From NCBI GenBank assembly GCA_038213805.1, contig JBBQSO010000005.1, forward strand, positions 1-64,000: DNA of 64,000 bases, in the 5' to 3' direction. The notes under the pieces are model-generated. The model saw only the letters and a list, made by a program, of their open reading frames with translations. It was not told the DNA's origin and did not search any database. Made by a program: the position numbers and the translations under genes. This DNA is from Planctomycetota bacterium (lineage in GTDB: Bacteria > Planctomycetota > UBA11346). This document shows, piece after piece, positions 44,445 to 52,799 of the stretch (position 1 is its first letter; each line of letters begins with the position of its first letter).

Positions 44445-45905
44445 ATGGACATCTATTTCTGCGATCTTTGCGGTGTACGCGTCACCGATGTCGATTTGCG
44501 TGGGGGTCATGGGATCCGCCGGGTCGATGACGTGATCTGCGCCACCTGCCTTGAGCTCGGTCATGGCAAGGAGTGGTTGGTCCAGCACAACCGTCCGCGA
44601 CAGCCGTCCTCGACCTCGACCCACGCGGTGGCTTCTGCCAAGGGTACCGACACCGCCATGCTGGCGGGCAGGCCGACGCCAGCCGCCGCTGCCCTCAAGG
44701 CCAAGGAATCGCCAACTCTCGATGCCGGCCGGGACCGTGCCCGCACCGTTGAAGAGGACGAGCCCGACGTCGAGCCGGTCGCACCGCGCATCCTCGGCGA
44801 CATCGAGGGCATCTCCACGGCCGCTACCGTGCCCGACAACGAGGCCGAGGCGGCCGCGGGTCTGGGTCTAGATGACGAGCCCGCGCCGCGTTCAGTCCCG
44901 TCGTCCAAGCGTTCCGACTTCGCCGCCGCGGCGAGCGGCTTCTCGGCGCTCGGCGCGCAACCGGCTCAGCAGCGGCATGATGGCGCCGAGGACCTGCGCG
45001 ACGATTCCGGTCACCACCGCGAACTCACCGCGGAGGAGATCGCCTATCACGACGCGGGTGGCGAAGACGCCGACGTCGAGGCCGGCCTGGAGACCGACGA
45101 TGGCAGCGAGGATTCGGACAAGGCCGCGGAGGGCGCCGAGACCGTCGATGGCGAATCGCGAAATGGCGTGGGCGATAACACCGCGACCGCCGAAAATCGG
45201 GCTGCCAGCCTTTCCCGGGAAGATCAGGAAGCCGCCACGGATGAGAACGACCCACCCGAGGTCCAGCCGATGAAGGCCGCCGTACCGCCGCGCAAACCCG
45301 CTGGGCGCCCCGGCGCGCCGCCCGCCTCGTCGGCGCGGACGCCCGCTGGCCGCCCATCGACCGGCCGCATTCCCACGACCAGCGTCCCGAGTCGTGCTGT
45401 CTCCCGCCCCGGCCCATCGAGCACCAAGAACCTCAAGGCCGGCAATTCCAGTAGCAAGAATGCCACCGCCAAGAGCGGCAAGGGCGCCAAGTCATCAGTG
45501 CGCGTCAAACGCAAGACCGACAACAAGAAGGTGTTCATCTTCTCGGCGATCTCGATCTCGATCCTGGTCATCATCATGATCGGGGTCACGGTGACCCGCT
45601 CCGGCCGCCATGCCGCGCCGAAGACCGAGTCGGTCAACATCAGCAAGGAGCTGCGCGAGCACATCGGCAGCGCCAGGAAGCAGGCTCAGGCCGCGATCGA
45701 GAGCAAGTCCATTGAACAGCTGAAGAGCGCCAGGATCGCAATCATGGACGTGGATAAGGAGGTCGAGACATTTGGCAAGTATGCCAAGGACCACGGTCGG
45801 TCGCAGGAAGAGATTGAGCGAGAGATCGAAATCTCCGGCCTGCAGGCGCTCGACCTCCTAAAGAAGAATATCGGCGACAAGATCGCCAGTCTGAGCGTGC
45901 ACTGA
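44445..45905 (+). CDS. Hypothetical membrane protein: N-terminal C4 zinc finger, long low-complexity region, single TM
   Basis: YFCDLCG...ICATC; D/E-rich then P/S/R/K-rich tracts; TM VFIFSAISISILVIIMIGV; helical C-terminus. Confidence 0.75.
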   Translation: MDIYFCDLCGVRVTDVDLRGGHGIRRVDDVICATCLELGHGKEWLVQHNRPRQPSSTSTHAVASAKGTDTAMLAGRPTPAAAALKAKESPTLDAGRDRARTVEEDEPDVEPVAPRILGDIEGISTAATVPDNEAEAAAGLGLDDEPAPRSVPSSKRSDFAAAASGFSALGAQPAQQRHDGAEDLRDDSGHHRELTAEEIAYHDAGGEDADVEAGLETDDGSEDSDKAAEGAETVDGESRNGVGDNTATAENRAASLSREDQEAATDENDPPEVQPMKAAVPPRKPAGRPGAPPASSARTPAGRPSTGRIPTTSVPSRAVSRPGPSSTKNLKAGNSSSKNATAKSGKGAKSSVRVKRKTDNKKVFIFSAISISILVIIMIGVTVTRSGRHAAPKTESVNISKELREHIGSARKQAQAAIESKSIEQLKSARIAIMDVDKEVETFGKYAKDHGRSQEEIEREIEISGLQALDLLKKNIGDKIASLSVH

Positions 45906-45978
45906 GCCGCCTCCCTGATCGCGGCACGGTCCAGGTCCGGGCGATTGCGCCCCGGGACTTTCGCCCACCATCCGGCCC

Positions 45979-47229
45979 ATGACCGGATCCCTCATCCAAC
46001 CCGCAGCCCTGCGCGATGCCCGCTCCGCAGCCTGGTGGGCGCTCGCCGAAGTCGCCTCCGGCCGCAGCGAGCGCCTCGGCGAGGCCATAGAATCATGCAC
46101 GGCACTGGACGGCCGCGACGCCGCCCTGGCGCGCGAGCTGGCACTGGGGGTGGCGCGCAATGAACGTCTTTATGACGCGCTTGCCGATCGCTGGCTGAAG
46201 CCGGGCCGCCAGCCAGAGGCGCTGCGTCTGGCGCTGCGCCTGGCTGCGCACCAGCTCTTCGGCCTTGACCGCATCCCGCCTCACGCGGCGACCAACGACA
46301 CCCTGCTGGTGTTGCGCCGCATGGGCGGGCAGCGGTTGGTCGGGGTCGCCAACGCGGTGATGCGCCGGCTCGCCGGGCTGCGCCAGGAGGAACGCAGCTC
46401 CCCGGGCCCGCTCGGCCGGCTGCCGGTCGAGGTGTGGCCGGAATCACCGGCGGTGCGTCACGGCCTGCCCGACCTGCTGGTCGCCGACCTGCGCAGCCAG
46501 CTCGATGAGGGAGCCGATAGCAAGCTCGCCGCGCTCGGTCGCGCGCCGATGCTGTGCACGCGCAGTCGGCCGGGCGCTCCGGCGGTGAACGGCGCGAGCA
46601 TCCTGCGCCGCGACGGGCCGTGGACGTGGTGGGATGATCCTGAAGAGGCGCTGCGCGGGCCAGTGGCGGTCGGGCACGCGGTGGTGCAGGACTTCGCCCA
46701 GGGGCACGTCATCGCTGCGGCCGCGCCCCGCCCCGGCGCGCTGGTCCTGGACGTCTGCGCCGCCCCCGGGGGCAAGGCCCTGGCGCTGGCCGACCACGGC
46801 TGCCGGGTCATCGCCGCAGACAATGCCGCGTCGCGTCTGGGGCGCCTGCTGCGCACACTGGACGGTGCCGCGCCGGTGGTGCTGCAGGACGGCCGCCACC
46901 CCGCGCTGGCAGCGGCGTTCGACGTGGTGTTCGTCGATGCCCCGTGCTCGAACACCGGCGTGCTCGGCCGCCGCGTCGAGGCGCGCTGGCGTTACGACCG
47001 CCGCCATCTGGGTCCCCTCGAGGTGCTGCAGCGCGACCTGCTCGCCGCCGCCGCGACGCTGGTCGCGGACGGTGGCAAACTGGTCTACAGCACCTGCAGC
47101 GTCAGCCCGCGCGAAAACCAGGCCATCGCCCAAGCCCTGCCCGGCTGGCGCCTGCTGGTCGAACAGCTGACCTGGCCCGACCAGTGGCAGGGGGGTGGGT
47201 ACGTGGCGGTGCTGGTGCGGATCGGGTGA
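45979..47229 (+). CDS. rsmB: RsmB/Sun family RNA m5C methyltransferase with NusB-like domain
   Basis: LDRIPPHAA, VQD, LDVCAAPGGK, DAPCSNTG, LVYSTCS. Confidence 0.85.
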   Translation: MTGSLIQPAALRDARSAAWWALAEVASGRSERLGEAIESCTALDGRDAALARELALGVARNERLYDALADRWLKPGRQPEALRLALRLAAHQLFGLDRIPPHAATNDTLLVLRRMGGQRLVGVANAVMRRLAGLRQEERSSPGPLGRLPVEVWPESPAVRHGLPDLLVADLRSQLDEGADSKLAALGRAPMLCTRSRPGAPAVNGASILRRDGPWTWWDDPEEALRGPVAVGHAVVQDFAQGHVIAAAAPRPGALVLDVCAAPGGKALALADHGCRVIAADNAASRLGRLLRTLDGAAPVVLQDGRHPALAAAFDVVFVDAPCSNTGVLGRRVEARWRYDRRHLGPLEVLQRDLLAAAATLVADGGKLVYSTCSVSPRENQAIAQALPGWRLLVEQLTWPDQWQGGGYVAVLVRIG

Positions 47230-47333
47230 CTTCCGTTACCGGGATCGGCGCGTTGCACTTGGCCTGAAACGCTTACCTGCCGAGTGCGCCTCAGCGATCC
47301 CAGGGGCAGCATCCGCTGGTGTGCGGCGAAATG

Positions 47334-48035
47334 TTACGGCAGCGTGGAAATCCGATAATTCCTGAAGAACACTGGCGCGTCGCCATGCTTCCCCTGCAGG
47401 CCGATCTTCCCTGTGGTCGCCATGTCTGCCATCGCCTTGGCCAGCCAGGGCGGAGTCTCGCTACCGTCGGGGTTCTTGCTGGCCGAGGTCCAGCGCTTCA
47501 TGTCGGCGTCGACGGTCAGGGTGTCGTTGAGCAGGACGGTCAGGTGCGGGCCTTTGCAGGCGACGGTCATGCGGTTCCACTCGCCCGTCTTCTTGACCAC
47601 CTGCTTGGCCGGGGCGAGGCGGCCGAAGATGCCAGCGCACTTCCAGGTCGGGGCGACGTCCTTCCACTTGTCCGCGTAGTCGTCGAGGATTTGCAGCTCG
47701 ATCGAGTTGGGGATCCAGTTGTGGATGTCGGTGCAGTAGATCACCACGCCGCTGTTGGTGCCGACCGAGTCCTTGAACTCGAGATCGACGACGAAGTTCT
47801 CGTGATCCTGCTTCGTCCAGATGGTCTCATCCTTCGAGGCGGTGAGCTCGCCCGCCACGATGGTCCACACGCCGGCGGGGAAATCCGCATCCGACAGGTC
47901 CGGGGCGAACAGCGCGGGCCACGCAGAAGAATCGGGGTGCTTGGTCACCAGCGGGCCCTCGGCGGCCATGGCCGGCCCGGCGAGGGCCACCAGGGCGATG
48001 GCGAAGATGGGGAGCAGGGCGGGAATCGGGTTCAT
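47334..48035 (-). CDS. DUF1080 (3-keto-disaccharide hydrolase family) protein, secreted
   Basis: NSGV, ELQILDD, GEWNRM, GKIGLQGKHG..VFFRN; signal peptide. Confidence 0.9.
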   Translation of the reverse strand: MNPIPALLPIFAIALVALAGPAMAAEGPLVTKHPDSSAWPALFAPDLSDADFPAGVWTIVAGELTASKDETIWTKQDHENFVVDLEFKDSVGTNSGVVIYCTDIHNWIPNSIELQILDDYADKWKDVAPTWKCAGIFGRLAPAKQVVKKTGEWNRMTVACKGPHLTVLLNDTLTVDADMKRWTSASKNPDGSETPPWLAKAMADMATTGKIGLQGKHGDAPVFFRNYRISTLP

Positions 48036-48129
48036 GCGGTCTTCTCGTTGGGCTGAAGGTGAGCTTAAGAAGTGAGCGACGGCGGAAGTCTGATACAGAT
48101 GCGTCCAGCCGCCGTGGACTGTACATGTG

Positions 48130-48360
48130 CTAGGGAACAATCCTACGCTGTACCTCCACCAACTCATCTGGCTTGAGTTCCCTGGAGAATTCCCGCAGGA
48201 ACTGGGCGTAGCTCTCTGCGACCTCGGCATCGTGCACGAAGATGAGGGCTTTGGCCGCGGACTCGATCATGGTGGCCTCGGGGCTGCCGGATGGCTGTGC
48301 GGCCGCCAGCTTCTCCAGCAGGGCCAGCGTCCTGATCAATTCGCCACCGCGCGCGTTCAT
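48130..48360 (-). CDS. Small helical hypothetical protein (76 aa)
   Basis: ATGA coupling with the upstream stop; amphipathic helical composition. Confidence 0.5.
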   Translation of the reverse strand: MNARGGELIRTLALLEKLAAAQPSGSPEATMIESAAKALIFVHDAEVAESYAQFLREFSRELKPDELVEVQRRIVP

Positions 48361-50264
48361 CGCTCCATCCGGTAGATCCCGGGCTTCACGCGCCCGAAAC
48401 CACCGTCTGCCGCGCGCGCGACGTTGCCACCGCTGAGCGTGTCCACCAGTCGCACGGTCGCATCATACGGCGCCGGCAATCGCACCGGCGTATCGTGGCC
48501 ATGCTCCGGGCACGACACGATGAGCAGGTCATCGATCACCGACAGGTCGCCGACCAGGTGGATGAAGGCGTCGCGGCCGCCGCGCTCACGGGCCAGGCGC
48601 GTGAGCGCGCGGTCGAAGTCGACAAGCTCGGGCCGGCCAGTGACGCGGATGAACCCGCTCGCGGGGTTGGCGAAGGGGCCCTGGTCGATGACCAGGCGCT
48701 TGGGCGCGTGCTGGTTCAGTTGCAGCAGGAAGTCGCGTGGGCCCATGCCATCCACCGAGCGCACCGGATTGGTGTTCACCGAGAAGATGTCGATCGGCGC
48801 CTCGAGCGTGCTGCCCTCGCCGAGCATGATCGCCTCGGGATCGCACTCCTTGATGCAGGCGTGGACCTCGCGCATGAAGCGCAGCGCCATCAGGTTGGTG
48901 TCGCCGGGCCAGCGCATGAAGCTGCGCGGACGGAAATCCGGCGGGAACGCCCAGCTCAGGCAGTCGAAGAAGATGCCCTTGGCACCGCACTCCGTGATGT
49001 AGAAGCGGATCCACTTCTTCGTGTATTCAAGGTAGCCCGGGTGGCCCGGGTTGATGTGCGTGAGCCCGCCCTGGTCCAGCGAGCCCCATGATGCGCAGAC
49101 CCGCCCGTCGCAGCCGCGGATGAACCAGTCGTCATCGATGTCTGCGCCGCCACGGTAAAGCAGTCCGGCGTGCGACATCCACACCAGCCATGGGATGCCG
49201 CGCGCCGCCAGGCTGCGGCCCATCGCCTTGAACTCTTCGATCGGGCCGTGGTTGGGGTCGGGCTCATAGCCGAGCGGCGCAGTGCCGCTGTGCACCGGGC
49301 GGTTGGTGACCAGCGAATACGCGAAGCCGCTGCACTCACCGCGTTCGACCTCGGCGATCCAGGCGGCGCCCTGCTCGCGCCAGGTCGGCTGGTTGTTCCA
49401 GGCCAGACCCAGCTTCCACGCGACCTTCGCCACCCACCCTGGCGGCTCCTGGTAGTAGTGGGTCACGTACGCGCCCAACCAGCGCATCATCTCGGCGCGG
49501 TCGCGACCGTAATACAGCTTCACTTCGGGGAGCTGGATGGACTCGCCAAGGCCGAGGAGGCCGTGCAGGGTGAAATCGTAGCCCACGCCGCGACCCGCGT
49601 GTTCGAGGCCGAGGATGTAGCCGACCTGCGCCTGGCGGCAGGTGATGGCCAGCCAGTGCCCGGTCTTCGCGTTGTAGTACAGGCCGCCGTGGATGAGCAT
49701 GCAGCCGGGGTAGATGCGCCGCCAGACGTTCTGCAGGAAACGCTTGCAGGCTTCGGGCGTGTCGTGCTCGTAGCCGACGTGGCCGGCCTCGTCGCTGGGG
49801 CCGCTGGAATGCGACGACGCGAACACCATGCGCGTGTCCTCGCCCCAGAATTTCCAGTTCCAGTTCATGATGCCGAGCTGATCGGCCCACAGGGGCGCCT
49901 CGACCACCGGCCCGCCTGGGCCGGGCACCGGGCAGGTCTGATCGGCGAACTCGCGCCGCACCAGGGTCTGGATTCCGAAGCAGTTGAACGGGGTCTTGGC
50001 GCGTCCGCCCATGACGCGCGCCAGGACCAGGCCCCAGCCGCAGAACTGGTCGACGAAGCGTTCACCCTTCAGGTGGGTGACCGGCGGCTCGATGCCTGGC
50101 CGGTTCGGGTCGGTGTGCGGGCGCAGCTTCAGGGGTAGGCCGTTCACCCACAGCTCGGAACGGCACGGTTCGACCTGGTCGAGCAGTTCAGCCCCGTAGA
50201 GGCGCACCGACGCCACCTGCCCGGTGCCGGGATCGGTGGCGACCTGAAGATCGGGGGTGGTCAT
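48357..50264 (-). CDS. Hypothetical protein, probable glycoside-hydrolase-like TIM barrel
   Basis: INPGHPGY..YTKKWI..GAKGIFFDC and IKECDPEAIMLGEG resemble GH (beta/alpha)8 catalytic segments; Trp-rich; AAGGAAGG RBS. Confidence 0.55.
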   Translation of the reverse strand: MTTPDLQVATDPGTGQVASVRLYGAELLDQVEPCRSELWVNGLPLKLRPHTDPNRPGIEPPVTHLKGERFVDQFCGWGLVLARVMGGRAKTPFNCFGIQTLVRREFADQTCPVPGPGGPVVEAPLWADQLGIMNWNWKFWGEDTRMVFASSHSSGPSDEAGHVGYEHDTPEACKRFLQNVWRRIYPGCMLIHGGLYYNAKTGHWLAITCRQAQVGYILGLEHAGRGVGYDFTLHGLLGLGESIQLPEVKLYYGRDRAEMMRWLGAYVTHYYQEPPGWVAKVAWKLGLAWNNQPTWREQGAAWIAEVERGECSGFAYSLVTNRPVHSGTAPLGYEPDPNHGPIEEFKAMGRSLAARGIPWLVWMSHAGLLYRGGADIDDDWFIRGCDGRVCASWGSLDQGGLTHINPGHPGYLEYTKKWIRFYITECGAKGIFFDCLSWAFPPDFRPRSFMRWPGDTNLMALRFMREVHACIKECDPEAIMLGEGSTLEAPIDIFSVNTNPVRSVDGMGPRDFLLQLNQHAPKRLVIDQGPFANPASGFIRVTGRPELVDFDRALTRLARERGGRDAFIHLVGDLSVIDDLLIVSCPEHGHDTPVRLPAPYDATVRLVDTLSGGNVARAADGGFGRVKPGIYRMER

Positions 50265-50630
50265 GGTCCCTTCCTTGGGCGCGGCATGGGCTTGGGCGAC
50301 GGCTCTTGGTGACCGGTATGGATACCGCCAGTCAAGCGCCTGGCGCAACTGCCGCTACCGGGAATTGGAGGAAAGGAGCTACCGTCGAAGCGCGGAGAAG
50401 GAGGCAGAGATACCGTAAAGGCGAGCTTTCCAGGGCTGGCAGGTCATTGCATCCAATTCAGCCACTCCCACGGCCGGCCTCTGCGACCTTTGCGCTGCCC
50501 TTATGCCCCACTGTGGTAAGTTCGTTTGGTTCCGGAGCCATTGTGTAGTTACACGGAAAATGCTTGAAAATAATATTAACATCATCGAATCAGCGTATCC
50601 CCCGGCGCTGCCGGACCACCCCGGATCCGC

Positions 50631-51602
50631 ATGCTCTACCGCCCCCTGGGCCGCACCGGCCTGAACGTCTCCATCCTTGGCTTTGGGGCGTCACCGCTCG
50701 GCGGCGTCTTCGGCCCAGTCGCCGATGCCGAGGCCACGCGCGCCGTGCGCACAGCCATCGATCTGGGCGTGAACCTCTTCGACACCTCGCCCTTCTATGG
50801 GCTGACGGCCTCTGAGCGCGTGCTCGGCCAATGCCTGGTGGGCGTGCCGCGCGAGCGTTATCTGCTCGCCAGCAAGGTCGGACGTTATGGCCAGGACGAG
50901 TTCGACTTCTCGGCAGCACGCGTCACGGCCAGCGTGGAAGCAAGTCTGGCGCGGCTACGCTGCGGGCACCTCGACCTCATCCAATGCCACGATATCGAAT
51001 TCACGAGCCTCGCGCAGATCGTCGAAGAGACCCTGCCGGCCCTGCGCCGGCTGCGCGACCAGGGCAAGGTGCGGTTCATCGGCATCACCGGTCTGCCGCT
51101 GTCCGCGCTGCGCGCGGTGGTCGAGCGCACTGCGATCGACAGCGTGCTCTCGTACTGTCGCTATGGCCTGCACGACACCGCGCTGGCCGCGCAGCTGCCG
51201 GCACTGCAGGCGCACGGCGTCGGCGTGCTCAGCGCTGCACCCCTTGCCATGGGCCTGCTGAACGCCGGCGGCGGGCCGGCGTGGCATCCCGCTGATCCGG
51301 AACTGAAGGCGGCCTGTCAGCGCGTCTGGCGACATTGCCAGGAACGCGGCGCCGATCTCGGCCGGCTCGCGGTGCAGTTCGCCCTCGCCCATCCCGGCAT
51401 CGCCTCGACTTTCGTCGGGATCGCCAGCACTGCCGAGGTCGAGCGCAATGCGGCCTGCGTCGGCACGGCGCCCGATGCGCAACTCCTGGGCGAGGTTCTG
51501 AACATCCTCGCGCCTGTGCACGGCCGCACCTGGCCGAGCGGCCTGCCCATGAATCAGGACCCCGGCGTCCGTGCGCCGGTCCTCACCCTCAGCACTCCCT
51601 GA
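50631..51602 (+). CDS. Aldo/keto reductase, L-galactose/L-fucose dehydrogenase-like
   Basis: MLYRPLGRTGLNVS, FDTSPFYG, SKVGRYG, DLIQCHDIEF, GKVRFIGITGLPL. Confidence 0.88.
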   Translation: MLYRPLGRTGLNVSILGFGASPLGGVFGPVADAEATRAVRTAIDLGVNLFDTSPFYGLTASERVLGQCLVGVPRERYLLASKVGRYGQDEFDFSAARVTASVEASLARLRCGHLDLIQCHDIEFTSLAQIVEETLPALRRLRDQGKVRFIGITGLPLSALRAVVERTAIDSVLSYCRYGLHDTALAAQLPALQAHGVGVLSAAPLAMGLLNAGGGPAWHPADPELKAACQRVWRHCQERGADLGRLAVQFALAHPGIASTFVGIASTAEVERNAACVGTAPDAQLLGEVLNILAPVHGRTWPSGLPMNQDPGVRAPVLTLSTP

Positions 51603-51618
51603 CTCCAGGACCACCTCC

Positions 51619-52635
51619 ATGAAGACCATCATCCTCGATCAGCCCGGCATCTTCCGTCTCACCGAAACGGCGGAGCCCAGCGCGCCCGGCGCCGGCGAGG
51701 TGGTGGTACGCGTGCGTTCGGTTGGGGTGTGCGGCACCGATTTGCACGCCTACCGCGGCAAGCAGCCGTTCTTCACCTATCCGCGCATCGTCGGACACGA
51801 ACTGGGCGTCGAGGTCGCGGCGGTCGGCGCGGGTGTCAGCAACGTGCGCGTCGGCGACCGCTGCGCGATCCAGCCCTACCTAGAATGCGGCACCTGCATC
51901 GCCTGCCGGCGCGGCAAGCCCAACTGCTGCGTGAGCCTCAAGGTGCTGGGCGTGCACATCGACGGTGGCATGCGCGAGCGTTTCACCGTGCCCGCGGCCA
52001 AGCTCTACCCATCGGCGACGCTCACTCTCGACCAGCTCGCCCTGGTCGAGACCCTGGGCATCGGTGCGCACGCGGTGGCGCGCGCCGAGGTCGGTGCGAC
52101 CGATACCGTGCTGGTCATCGGCGCCGGCCCGATCGGCCTGTCGGTGGTGCAGTTCGCCAGCGCTGCCGGCGCCACCGTGATCGTCATGGACCGCGACGAG
52201 CACCGTCTGGCCTTCTGCCGGCAGCAGTTCCAGGTCCCGCACACCCTGACCGGCATCGATGACCCAGTCGCGGCGCTGCAGGGCATTCTCGGCGGCGAGT
52301 TGCCGACCGTGGTCATCGACGCCACCGGCAACCCCGCCTCGATGATGGCCGCCTTCCAGTTCCCGTGCCACGGCGGCAAGCTGGTCTTTGTCGGCCTCTT
52401 CCAGGGCGACGTGACCTTCAACGATCCCAACTTCCACCGCCGCGAGCTGACCCTGTTCGGCAGCCGCAATGCCACCGGCGCCGATTTCGCGCACATCATC
52501 GCCCAAGTTGAGGCCGGGCGGATCAAGACGGATCCCTGGATCACCCACCGCGCCAAGGCCGACGACCTGGTCGCCGAGTTCGCACGCTGGACCGATCCCG
52601 CGCAGCGCGTGATCAAGGCGGTCGTCGAGTTCTGA
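51619..52635 (+). CDS. Zinc-binding dehydrogenase, L-galactonate 5-dehydrogenase-like
   Basis: VCGTD, QPFFTYPRIVGHE, CGTCIAC..NCC, VLGVHIDGGM, GAGPIG, FHRRELTLFGSRNA. Confidence 0.88.
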   Translation: MKTIILDQPGIFRLTETAEPSAPGAGEVVVRVRSVGVCGTDLHAYRGKQPFFTYPRIVGHELGVEVAAVGAGVSNVRVGDRCAIQPYLECGTCIACRRGKPNCCVSLKVLGVHIDGGMRERFTVPAAKLYPSATLTLDQLALVETLGIGAHAVARAEVGATDTVLVIGAGPIGLSVVQFASAAGATVIVMDRDEHRLAFCRQQFQVPHTLTGIDDPVAALQGILGGELPTVVIDATGNPASMMAAFQFPCHGGKLVFVGLFQGDVTFNDPNFHRRELTLFGSRNATGADFAHIIAQVEAGRIKTDPWITHRAKADDLVAEFARWTDPAQRVIKAVVEF

Positions 52636-52642
52636 GGGGAGA

Positions 52643-52792
52643 AAGTCCGGAAGTCTGGAAGTCGATAGCCTGGGTAACCGCTCGGCTGGAATCGTCATCG
52701 AGGCTGGAAATGAAGAACCCCGCACGGATCGTGCGGGGTTCTTCTCTCTCTATCTCAGGCTGTCGGACTTCCGGACTCCCGGACTTCCGGAC
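52643..52792. repeat. Second inverted GTCCGGAA octamer-array element (intergenic, slightly degenerate)
   Basis: AAGTCCGGAAGTCTGGAAGTCG at 52643-52664 and CGGACTTCCGGACTCCCGGACTTCCGGAC at 52764-52792. Confidence 0.85.
52712..52744. terminator. Probable bidirectional terminator hairpin
   Basis: GAAGAACCCCGCACG-GAT-CGTGCGGGGTTCTTC, 15-bp perfect stem between convergent genes. Confidence 0.75.
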
Positions 52793-52799
52793 CTTCCCC

